Below, one piece after another: positions 42,076-50,885 of a stretch of 64,000 bases of DNA. The notes below the pieces were generated by a model. It was not told the DNA's origin. It saw nothing but the letters and a program-made list of their open reading frames with translations, and did not search any database. Every line of letters begins with the position of its first letter. Within the stretch, counting starts at the first letter, position 1. This DNA comes from Candidatus Poribacteria bacterium (lineage in GTDB: Bacteria > Poribacteria > WGA-4E > WGA-3G): positions 3,328,001 through 3,392,000 of the forward strand of contig OZ240248.1 of NCBI GenBank assembly GCA_965198235.1. The letters run 5' to 3'. The translations under genes and the position numbers were made by a program.

Positions 42076-42285
42076 GTCAGTAATCAGCAGTCAGTAGGTG
42101 AGGTGTTTATCTTCATAGCATCAAAGACGTAGCCTGTAATGTAATGGAAGGGTTTTTGCTTGGGGTCTTTGATAGGGGTTTTTGATAGGGTGTTTCTGCG
42201 GATTTCTGCGGATTTCTTCAGATTTACGCTAGGGAATGTCAAAGTCCTAAAGCCACTTGACCGAACCGCAAGGAAAATTAAAAAT
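42076..42285 (+). repeat. family-C remnant plus family-B element
   Basis: TCAGCAGTCAG; GTAG-CCT-GTAATGTAATGGA-AGG; TTTTTGCTTGGG; CCGCAAGGAAAATTAAAAAT-ATG. Confidence 0.8.
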
Positions 42286-42585
42286 ATGTCATTAGAGTAT
42301 TATCTCATTTTGAGCGCGCTCTTGTTTACAACGGGAGTCATCGGGGTCCTTATCCGCAGGAACGCTATCATCATCTTTATGTGTATTGAACTGATGCTAA
42401 ATGCGGCGAATCTCGCCTTTGTAGCTATCAGTCGTAGTCTCGGTGAGGCAACGGGCCAGGTGTTCGTTTTCTTTGTGATGACTGTCGCTGCCGCCGAGGT
42501 CGCGATTGGGCTCGCAATTATTGTGAGCGTCTTCAAACATCGACAGACAGTTAATGTGGATGAAGTTAATTCCTTGAAGGGCTAA
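42286..42585 (+). CDS. nuoK: complex I subunit K
   Basis: [17 protein letters not shown]; start trimmed. Confidence 0.96.
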   Translation: MSLEYYLILSALLFTTGVIGVLIRRNAIIIFMCIELMLNAANLAFVAISRSLGEATGQVFVFFVMTVAAAEVAIGLAIIVSVFKHRQTVNVDEVNSLKG

Positions 42586-42783
42586 TTTCTAATTATTGGG
42601 TTTTTGCTCTGCTCTCCACTTCGTTTCGAGCAGGTTTTTGGTCAGGTTGCAGCGTGTTTGAGAATCTGTGCAATGTTCACAAAACGCTTTAAGAAATCCG
42701 ACAAGTGCCCAGTGCCGCCGTAAATTAACCGAAAACCATCGTGAAACGAAGTGGAACGATGAGCAAAAACTTAATAGTTAAAA
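42586..42783. repeat. family-A element without cargo (cleanest copy)
   Basis: Outer IR AATTATTGGGTTTTTGCTC/GAGCAAAAACTTAATAGTT; hairpins 42609-42633(-) and 42737-42761(+). Confidence 0.9.
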
Positions 42784-42794
42784 GGGTTTAAAAA

Positions 42795-44684
42795 ATGTCA
42801 CTTGAACTCATTAGTGTTCTGTTAGTTGCCCCGCTTGTTGGGTTTCTGATTAACGGGTTGTTAGGAAAATGGCTAAAAGGTAACGAGCAACTGAGTGGAT
42901 GGATAGGTTCGCTTGCAGTGCTTGTTTCTTTAGTCTGTTCGATTATCGCTTTTGCCAGTTTGCACGGCGGTGCTGCCCCGTTCGATGAAACGCTGTATGA
43001 ATGGATTACAGGCGAGTCGTTCGCTTTCAATATCGGGTTCCGTGTGGACGCACTAACGTCAGTGATGTTGTTGGTGATTACAGGTGTTGGGTTTCTCATC
43101 CACGTCTATTCGATCGGCTACATGCATGGCGATGCAGGATATACACGCTATTTTGCCTATCTGAATCTGTTCATCTTTGCGATGCTAATCTTGGTCCTCG
43201 GAAACAACTATCTGATGATGTTCGTCGGATGGGAAGGGGTTGGACTCTGCTCATATCTCCTCATAGGATTCTGGTATGAGAAGCAAACGGCGACAGATGC
43301 TGGAAAAAAAGCGTTTATCGTGAACCGAATCGGTGATTTCGGGTTTCTGCTGGGGATGTTTACTCTGTTTGCTGCTTTCGGAACTCTCGATTTCGCATCG
43401 ATATTTGATGCCGCTGAGGCAGATAATTTTCAGAAAGTCTTTGGTGCCAGTACCCTCGTAATTGCGACCTTGTTACTTTTCGTTGGCGCGATAGGTAAAT
43501 CGGCACAAATTCCGCTCTATGTATGGCTCCCGGACGCAATGGAAGGTCCCACCCCTGTCAGTGCCTTGATTCACGCCGCTACAATGGTGACGGCGGGCGT
43601 ATATATGATAGCACGCTCCGCTGTGCTTTATAATATAGCACATACCGGCGAAGTGGTCGCTTGGATCGGCGTTTTGACTGCCTTCTTCGCTGCAACGATA
43701 GCACTTACCCAGAACGATATTAAACGCATCCTCGCTTATTCCACTGTGAGCCAACTCGGGTATATGTTCCTTGGTGTTGGTGTTGGTGCTTATGCATCTG
43801 GCATTTTCCATTTAGTAACGCATGCCTTCTTTAAAGGACTGATGTTCCTTACCGCTGGTAGTGTGATGCACGCAATGGCAAATGAATTGGATGTGCGGAA
43901 GATGGGCGGCTTAAAGGCAAAGATGCCGATAACGCACTGGACCTTTTTAGTAGGTGCCCTTGCTATTGCCGGGTTTCCGTTTCTGAGTGGTTTCTGGAGC
44001 AAAGATGAAATCTTGCACAGTGCGTGGGGGAGTTCACCTATTATTTACGTCATCGGTTTAGTCACGGCGTTCTTGACGGCGTTTTATATGTTCCGCTTGA
44101 TCTTTGTGACGTTTTATGGTGAATCTCGTGTTGAATCCGAAGTTGCTTCGCATCTGCACGAATCGCCACCGGTCATGTGGGTGCCGTTGGCAATTCTGGC
44201 GATCCCTTCTGCCTTAATCGGTTTGCTGTTGGGGTGGGGTGGACATGACAGTTGGTTCCACCACTTCACGAAGAGTGTTTTTCCAGAGGCACACCATGAG
44301 GCATCGGGTAATGTGATCTTATTTATGGTGATTTCATCGGTTGTGGGTTTGGCAGGGATTGCGTTCGCGTGGTCGCGCTATCGCGAAAGGACACCGTCTG
44401 ACGAACCTACCAATGCACTACATAAGCTTCTTGCGAACAAGTACTATGTTGATGAGGTATATAACGCACTCATCGTGCAACCGATTAAAAACGGTTCTCA
44501 CTACCTACTCTGGCGGATTATAGATAACGGTATTATTGATGGGATTGTCAACGGTGTCGGGTCTATTATTCGATTTATTGGTGGAACGTTGCGCCGCCTC
44601 CAGACAGGACTTGTCCAAGTGTACATTGTATCAATGGTTCTCGGAATTGTGTTATTCCTCGCATACTATCTGTTTTTTACTTAA
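42795..44684 (+). CDS. nuoL: complex I subunit L
   Basis: GKSAQIPL, WLPDAMEGPTPVSALIHAATM, HAFFK. Confidence 0.97.
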   Translation: MSLELISVLLVAPLVGFLINGLLGKWLKGNEQLSGWIGSLAVLVSLVCSIIAFASLHGGAAPFDETLYEWITGESFAFNIGFRVDALTSVMLLVITGVGFLIHVYSIGYMHGDAGYTRYFAYLNLFIFAMLILVLGNNYLMMFVGWEGVGLCSYLLIGFWYEKQTATDAGKKAFIVNRIGDFGFLLGMFTLFAAFGTLDFASIFDAAEADNFQKVFGASTLVIATLLLFVGAIGKSAQIPLYVWLPDAMEGPTPVSALIHAATMVTAGVYMIARSAVLYNIAHTGEVVAWIGVLTAFFAATIALTQNDIKRILAYSTVSQLGYMFLGVGVGAYASGIFHLVTHAFFKGLMFLTAGSVMHAMANELDVRKMGGLKAKMPITHWTFLVGALAIAGFPFLSGFWSKDEILHSAWGSSPIIYVIGLVTAFLTAFYMFRLIFVTFYGESRVESEVASHLHESPPVMWVPLAILAIPSALIGLLLGWGGHDSWFHHFTKSVFPEAHHEASGNVILFMVISSVVGLAGIAFAWSRYRERTPSDEPTNALHKLLANKYYVDEVYNALIVQPIKNGSHYLLWRIIDNGIIDGIVNGVGSIIRFIGGTLRRLQTGLVQVYIVSMVLGIVLFLAYYLFFT

Positions 44685-44790
44685 TTTTTAACTATGGACC
44701 TATGGGCACCGTTCCACTTCGTTACACGGTGGTTTACGGAGAAGTAGAGAGCCTGCTTTAGGTTTAGAAAGGTTTCTGACCTTACCGATT
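44685..44790 (-). repeat. family-A left arm
   Basis: Minus-strand CACCGT-GTAACGAAGTGGA-ACGGTG at 44707-44731; CCTGCTTTAGGTTT spacer shared with ~22720. Confidence 0.75.
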
Positions 44791-44970
44791 TTCAAAACGC
44801 CGACGCGAATTGCATCAGAAAGATGAAGATCGTTGGCTTTTTTGGTGCTTCCCTTCGATGTGGCTCTGGAAGACTTGGTTCAAGCGATAACCTATTCCTT
44901 CAAAAGAGGGAAGTGCAACCAGTGAATTATTCCTATTGATGAAAGTTAATTTGTCCTAAAGGAGGTTTCC

Positions 44971-46629
44971 TTGTTACTTTCAATAGTCATTTTTTTACCA
45001 CTGCTCGGTGTGATAGCGATTGCCTTGCTCAGAGGACTCGGTGCCTCCGCTGTCAAAGGCATCGCGCTTGTCATTGGGCTCCTAACTTTTATTGTCTCAT
45101 TGGGGCTTTACACCGGGTTTGACACAACGACTGCAACGTTCCAAAATGTCGCGCAGCAAGAGTGGATTCCCGGTTTAGGTACAAGTTACCACATCGGCAT
45201 TGATGGTATTTCGCTATGGTTAGTGTTGCTTACAACTTTCCTGACACCGGTGTGTATCCTCGCCGCATGGAATTCGGTCGAGAAAGGGCTAAGCGGTTTT
45301 ATGATGTCGCTCCTCGCTCTTGAGACCGGGATGTTGGGTGTCTTCTGTGCTTTGGATCTGTTCCTCTTTTTTGTATTTTGGGAGTCGATGCTAATTCCGA
45401 TGTACTTCCTCATCGGTATTTGGGGTGGAGAACGTCGAATTTATGCAACCGTGAAGTTCGTTCTTTATACAATGGCGGGCAGTGCGCTAATGCTGGTTGG
45501 CATCTTGGTGCTGTACTTCCAAAACAACAATAGTTTCGATCTCACGACGCTTAGCGGTCCGTTTGAACATTCACATCTATTGTTCTTGGCGTTTTTCATT
45601 GCATTTGCGATTAAGGTTCCGCTCTTTCCGTTCCATACTTGGCTACCAGATGCCCACGTTGAAGCCCCCACGGTGGGAAGTGTAATCCTTGCCGGAGTAC
45701 TGCTAAAGATGGGAACCTATGGGATAATCCGATTTTGCCTACCACTCTTTCCCGATGCAGCGGCTGAATTTACTCCGTTGATAGTGCCACTCGCTGTAAT
45801 TGGCATCATTTACGGCGCATTGGTGGCGATGGTCCAACCAGATCTGAAAAAACTGGTCGCATATTCCAGTGTGAGTCACCTCGGTTTTGTAGTGTTGGGG
45901 TTGTTTTCAAAAAATCCCGCTGGTATTCAAGGAAGCGTCTTACAAATGATTAATCACGGTTTAAGCACAGGCGCGTTGTTCCTTTTGGTCGGAATGATTT
46001 ATGAGCGACGACACAGCAGGATGATTGTAGATTTCGGTGGCTTGGCGAAGCGAATGCCGATCTTTGCTACAATTTTTATGATTGTGACATTATCATCAAT
46101 TGGGCTACCGGGTTTGAATGGATTCGTTGGTGAATATATGATACTGTTTGGCAGTTTTGTTCAGGGAGCCTTCTCGAAGATATATGTAGTTTTGGCAACA
46201 GCAGGTGTGATTCTGGCAGCTGTATATATGCTGTGGATGTTCCAACGGGTGATGTTTGGGACACTGGATAAGACAAATGAAGCTTTGCCTGACTTGAACG
46301 CACGTGAGATCGTTGTGATGCTTCCGATACTGCTGTTCATCGTCTGGATCGGCGTTTATCCGAAACCTTTCCTGAGTAAGATGGAGAAATCAGTAGGACT
46401 TGTCGTGACGCAGGTACAAACTGAACCTGCTATGGGGCGCGCGGGAGAACAGGAGAATAGCAGTCAGCAGTCAGTGGTCAGCAGTCAGCAAGACGGAGAC
46501 ACTTTAATAAAAAACCTCTTTCCTGATAGCCGACAGCCGATGGCTGATAGCCAATATACCGAACTCGCTCTACACGGGACACAGCGCGCCCAGCATGAAA
46601 AGATTGAAAAGGAGGCAGAGACGAAGTAA
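44971..46629 (+). CDS. nuoM: complex I subunit M
   Basis: WLPDAHVEAP, LKMG, YSSVSHLG; TTG start after GGAGG. Confidence 0.96.
   Translation: MLLSIVIFLPLLGVIAIALLRGLGASAVKGIALVIGLLTFIVSLGLYTGFDTTTATFQNVAQQEWIPGLGTSYHIGIDGISLWLVLLTTFLTPVCILAAWNSVEKGLSGFMMSLLALETGMLGVFCALDLFLFFVFWESMLIPMYFLIGIWGGERRIYATVKFVLYTMAGSALMLVGILVLYFQNNNSFDLTTLSGPFEHSHLLFLAFFIAFAIKVPLFPFHTWLPDAHVEAPTVGSVILAGVLLKMGTYGIIRFCLPLFPDAAAEFTPLIVPLAVIGIIYGALVAMVQPDLKKLVAYSSVSHLGFVVLGLFSKNPAGIQGSVLQMINHGLSTGALFLLVGMIYERRHSRMIVDFGGLAKRMPIFATIFMIVTLSSIGLPGLNGFVGEYMILFGSFVQGAFSKIYVVLATAGVILAAVYMLWMFQRVMFGTLDKTNEALPDLNAREIVVMLPILLFIVWIGVYPKPFLSKMEKSVGLVVTQVQTEPAMGRAGEQENSSQQSVVSSQQDGDTLIKNLFPDSRQPMADSQYTELALHGTQRAQHEKIEKEAETK
46457..46552. 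repeat. family-C element in frame inside the nuoM 3' end
   Basis: AGCAGTC-type heptamers ... CTGATAGCCGACAGCCGATGGCTGATAGCC. Confidence 0.75.
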
Positions 46630-48123
46630 TTGAAGTTTAAATTTACAACTTGTCTTATTCTTTGTGTGATTTTGGGGCTCGCGTTGTCAGTTTCAATGGG
46701 AGCCTTCGGAGCAGATGACGCACACGGTGACGAAGGCGCACACCACGGTCATGGGGTAGACGGGGCAAAATTGCCTATTTGGAGTATCATACCATTTGTT
46801 GGTATATTACTCTCTATTGCGATTTTCCCACTTGTGTTGGATTCCCATTTTCTTGTCCACCACGGCGGAAAAATGTCATTGATATGGGCGTTAGTCTTCG
46901 CAATCCCGTACCTTGTAGCATTTCGAGGAGAAGCCTTTTACGACATTCTGCATATTTATCTGATAGACTATATCCCGTTCATTATTCTGTTGTGGGGGTT
47001 GTTCACGGTTGCGGGTGGGATTCTCGTGCGTGGGACATTGCGTGGCACGCCGATAGTTAACACACTCTTACTACTTATCGGCACTGCTATCGCCTCATGG
47101 GTAGGCACAACAGGCGCATCAATGCTCCTCATCCGCCCGCTAATTCGAGCAAACGCGTATCGGCAGAACAAGATCCATCTGATTATCTTCTTCATCTTTC
47201 TCGTGAGTAACATCGGTGGTTCTTTGACACCGTTGGGTGATCCACCACTCTTTTTGGGGTTCTTGCACGGAGTGCCTTTCTTCTGGACAACAACGGCGCT
47301 CTTCCCACACATGCTGTTTATTAGCATCATCTTAATTGTGCTTTTCTTTGTAGTAGACACAGTCTTTTTCAAACGGGAAGGCGGTGTAGTTCCAGATGAT
47401 GGTACCAGTGAACCTATTCGTGTAAGTGGACTGTTTAACCTAATCTTCCTGCTCGGAATTGTCGCCGCTGTCCTGATGAGCGGTACCGCGAAATGGGGAG
47501 AGGTCAACATCCTCGGTGTGCATGTGACCTGGCAGAATATCGCTCGTGATGTGTTGATTGTCGTCATGGGGCTGTTATCCCTCAGGTTTACACCCTTTAG
47601 TGGTGAGTTGCGTCAAGCGAATGAGTTTTCATGGGAGCCGATTGAAGAGGTGGCAAAAGTGTTCGCCGGTATCTTTATGACCATTGTTCCAGCGTTGGCG
47701 ATTCTGAAAGCCGGTGAAAACGGCGAGTTACGTGGGTTAATTGGGGCGATAAAAGAACCATTGCACTATTTCTGGGTAACTGGAGTTCTGTCGAGTTTCT
47801 TAGATAATGCTCCGACCTATTTGACGTTTTTCAACACAGCACTTGGCAAATTGCATCTCACTGAAGCCGTAGTACCGGAAATTTTGTCTGGACAGTTGAC
47901 AGGTGCCGAGCACTTAGAATTTGTGAACCTGCTAACTGCCATTTCTGTTGGGGCTGTTTTTATGGGGGCAAATACCTATATCGGCAATGCCCCGAACTTC
48001 ATGGTGAAGGCAATCGCAGAACAAAGCGGTATCCGCATGCCGAGTTTCTTTGGATATATGCTCTGGTCGATAGGGATTTTAGTCCCGCTCTTTGTGATTG
48101 TGACGTTAGTGTTCCTACGCTAA
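46630..48123 (+). CDS. IT-superfamily putative cation/H+ antiporter (CitMHS_2-like)
   Basis: SNIGGSLTPLGDPPLFLG, LDNAPTY, TYIGNAPNFMVK, many TM segments. Confidence 0.8.
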   Translation: MKFKFTTCLILCVILGLALSVSMGAFGADDAHGDEGAHHGHGVDGAKLPIWSIIPFVGILLSIAIFPLVLDSHFLVHHGGKMSLIWALVFAIPYLVAFRGEAFYDILHIYLIDYIPFIILLWGLFTVAGGILVRGTLRGTPIVNTLLLLIGTAIASWVGTTGASMLLIRPLIRANAYRQNKIHLIIFFIFLVSNIGGSLTPLGDPPLFLGFLHGVPFFWTTTALFPHMLFISIILIVLFFVVDTVFFKREGGVVPDDGTSEPIRVSGLFNLIFLLGIVAAVLMSGTAKWGEVNILGVHVTWQNIARDVLIVVMGLLSLRFTPFSGELRQANEFSWEPIEEVAKVFAGIFMTIVPALAILKAGENGELRGLIGAIKEPLHYFWVTGVLSSFLDNAPTYLTFFNTALGKLHLTEAVVPEILSGQLTGAEHLEFVNLLTAISVGAVFMGANTYIGNAPNFMVKAIAEQSGIRMPSFFGYMLWSIGILVPLFVIVTLVFLR

Positions 48124-48195
48124 GCCATTCAAGGTTATACTCAGCTACCACTGTACTCGGAAACTTGGACAGAAAACTATCAAAGGAGGTTTTGA

Positions 48196-49629
48196 ATGCC
48201 AATAGAGATTAACTGGCAATTACTGATGCCGGAGCTGATTATCGCTTTAACGCTACTCATCGTCCTCGTTTTTGACCTGTTTGACTCCATTTCAAAAGCA
48301 ATTCTCGGCTGGATGACGATCGTTGGTTCTGGGATTGCGCTATGGGTCTCCATCCAGATGCATCAAGCAGGCACAGTTGGCACCCAGTTCAACGAAATGT
48401 TCAAGGTGGATAATTTTTCCCTTTTCTTCAATACTGTTTTCCTTGTTTCGACGATTTTGGTCGCTTTGATTTCGATGAGCTATTTGGACAGGGACGACAG
48501 AAAGCAGGGACCTTACTACCTACTTATTCTGCTGGCGACCCTCGGTATGATGTTGATGGCTGCTGGCAATGAGTTGATTATTGTCTTCCTTGGCTTGGAA
48601 CTGATGTCATTATCGTTGTATGTGTTGGCAGGTTATTTTCGAGATAATCCTGCTTCAAGCGAGGCGGGCATGAAATACTTATTGCTCGGCGCGTTTGCAA
48701 GCGCGTTCTTCCTTTACGGGATCGCTCTGATTTACGGTGGTGCCGGAACGACGAGTGTCCCCGCAATTGCTGAGGCAATTACTGCTCCGAATAAATCGCC
48801 GCTGTTGTTAGCAGGAATGTTCCTTCTGATTGTTGGATTCGGATTTAAGGTCGCCATTGTTCCATTCCATCAATGGGCACCAGATGTTTACGAAGGCGCG
48901 CCCACAACGATAGCAGCGTTTATCTCTGCCGGACCAAAGGCGGCTGGGTTTGCGGCGTTCCTCAGAATTTTTATGGAAGCCCTACCAACCCTGCAAGTCG
49001 AATGGAGTGGTGTTATCATTGTATTGGCGATGTTAACGATGACAGTCGGAAATGTCATTGCGATCGCGCAGACAAACATCAAGCGGATGCTCGCTTATTC
49101 AAGTATTGCCCACGCAGGTTATGTCCTAATAGGCTTGGCGGCTGCAAATAATGACGGAATTTCGAGTGCGATGCTTTATCTGCTCGTTTACTGTGTGATG
49201 AACATCGGTGCGTTCGGTGCGGTCATCTTGGCAAAAACGGAGGATGGCGAGAGCCTTATGATTTCCGATTACGCAGGGCTTGGTCTCCGAAAGCCGTTAC
49301 TTGCTATGTTTATGACAATAATGCTTTTGTCACTCGCCGGTTTTCCGCCGACTGCTGGGTTCGTCGGAAAATTCTATATCTTCAAATCAGCAGTTCAGGC
49401 AGGGCATATCTGGCTCGTTATTGTGGGTGCCATCAACACAGCAATATCAGCATTCTACTACCTCCGAGTTGTTGTGACAATGTATATGCGTGAACCGGAA
49501 GAGGAGCTAACATTTACGTCGTACCCAAGTACCCTCGTAGTTGGGCTAATCCTCGCCGCGATTGGTGTGTTGCTTATCGGTATTCTGCCGTCGCTCATGC
49601 TGAATCCAGCACAGAATTCCGTTTTTTAA
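48196..49629 (+). CDS. nuoN: complex I subunit N
   Basis: SEAGMKY, PFHQWAPDVYEGAPT, KRMLAYSSI. Confidence 0.97.
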   Translation: MPIEINWQLLMPELIIALTLLIVLVFDLFDSISKAILGWMTIVGSGIALWVSIQMHQAGTVGTQFNEMFKVDNFSLFFNTVFLVSTILVALISMSYLDRDDRKQGPYYLLILLATLGMMLMAAGNELIIVFLGLELMSLSLYVLAGYFRDNPASSEAGMKYLLLGAFASAFFLYGIALIYGGAGTTSVPAIAEAITAPNKSPLLLAGMFLLIVGFGFKVAIVPFHQWAPDVYEGAPTTIAAFISAGPKAAGFAAFLRIFMEALPTLQVEWSGVIIVLAMLTMTVGNVIAIAQTNIKRMLAYSSIAHAGYVLIGLAAANNDGISSAMLYLLVYCVMNIGAFGAVILAKTEDGESLMISDYAGLGLRKPLLAMFMTIMLLSLAGFPPTAGFVGKFYIFKSAVQAGHIWLVIVGAINTAISAFYYLRVVVTMYMREPEEELTFTSYPSTLVVGLILAAIGVLLIGILPSLMLNPAQNSVF

Positions 49630-49798
49630 GCGATTAAGGTTGCTCGGTTTTGTCCGTTGTCCAAAACCGAATCCGTGATGAAAAGTGAGTTGTTGGGCAG
49701 GACCCCAATTATTGCACTTTTAATCACGAAACCAAGAATTAATAAACCATCCGTTTCTCGACAACGGAGAGAAACGAGCAAGGACAATAGCTTAAAAA
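49622..49798. repeat. bipartite element with GACAACGGA loops
   Basis: TTTTTAAGC..GCTTAAAAA ends; hairpins 49644-49670(-) and 49752-49776(+); central hairpin ~49674-49728. Confidence 0.85.
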
Positions 49799-50773
49799 AT
49801 GTCAGACATTAGGTTAGGCTTTATCGGCACGGGTGGCAACATGAATCGCCACTTGCGCGAGTTAACCGAGATTGGCGGTTCAACATTCGTCGCCTTCTGT
49901 GATATTGTAGTTGAGAAAGCGGAGCAGGCTGTCACACAGTATGGTGGTAAAGCCTACGCCGACTATAACCAGATGCTCGCGCACGAGGAATTGGATGCCG
50001 TTTATATCTCAATCCCACCTTTTGCCCACGGCGCGCCTGAGCGTGCTGTTGTTGCCGCCGGACTACCGATGTTTGTGGAAAAACCTGTCCACATGGATGC
50101 CGATGAGGCGAAAGACATCGCAGCGGAAGTAGAAGAAAAGGGCATCATCACCGCTACCGGGTATCAGGAACGTTATCTTGACATCATCGACAAAGCGCAG
50201 GAACTCCTCGCTTCCCGACGTGTCGGATTCTTCATGGGCTACTGGATGGGCGGCATGCCCGGCCCCGGCAGTTGGTGGCGAGAAAAGGCAAAATCTGGTG
50301 GACAACTCATGGAGCAGACGACACACGAATTTGATATGGCGAGATACCTCTTCGGCGAGGTTAAAACTGTCTATGCCGTCGCACGCTATGATCTGATTCC
50401 CGATACCGATTACGATATTGAGGAAGCGTCTGCGGTCTCTTTGCAATTTGAGAGTGGGGTCTTTGGTATTATGTTCTCCGCCTGCTTCACAACAAATGGG
50501 ATGAGTCGTTCTGGATTGGACATTTTCTGTGAGGACGGTTCTCTTGAATACCATCTCCGTAGTGCGCTCGTACTCTCTACTGCTGAAGAGACGACCACGT
50601 GGAATCCGCAAAATAATTGCACGATTGATATGGATAGCACTTTTATTGAAGCAGTTCGCACAGGCGATGGCAGTGCGATCCGATCACCCTATTCGGATGC
50701 CGCCAAAACCGCAATTTTGTCAATCGCTGCCAACGAATCTCTTGAAACGGGTCTACCTGTCCACTTAGGCTAA
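49799..50773 (+). CDS. Gfo/Idh/MocA oxidoreductase
   Basis: GFIGTG, FVEKPV, GGQLMEQTTH. Confidence 0.9.
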   Translation: MSDIRLGFIGTGGNMNRHLRELTEIGGSTFVAFCDIVVEKAEQAVTQYGGKAYADYNQMLAHEELDAVYISIPPFAHGAPERAVVAAGLPMFVEKPVHMDADEAKDIAAEVEEKGIITATGYQERYLDIIDKAQELLASRRVGFFMGYWMGGMPGPGSWWREKAKSGGQLMEQTTHEFDMARYLFGEVKTVYAVARYDLIPDTDYDIEEASAVSLQFESGVFGIMFSACFTTNGMSRSGLDIFCEDGSLEYHLRSALVLSTAEETTTWNPQNNCTIDMDSTFIEAVRTGDGSAIRSPYSDAAKTAILSIAANESLETGLPVHLG

Positions 50774-50789
50774 AGACGGTTGGAATTAA

Positions 50790-50885
50790 CTGAGAACGCT
50801 GCGAAATGAAATTAGGTTTCCTTAAATGGCATAATTTGTCTTTGCCTTACATTTGGAGCAGTGCCCAGAATTAATCGTTTAGAAA
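50790..50885 (+). repeat. family-A right arm with cargo
   Basis: Cargo hairpin 50797-50863, ends TTAGAAA-ATG. Confidence 0.8.

Noticed and set aside
42667-42683. Rex-like operator CTGTGCAATGTTCACAA
   Set aside because: Spacing is one base short and it lies inside a repeat spacer
22759-50863. Cargo repeats as a CRISPR array
   Set aside because: Copies are dispersed over 28 kb with no regular spacers and no cas genes
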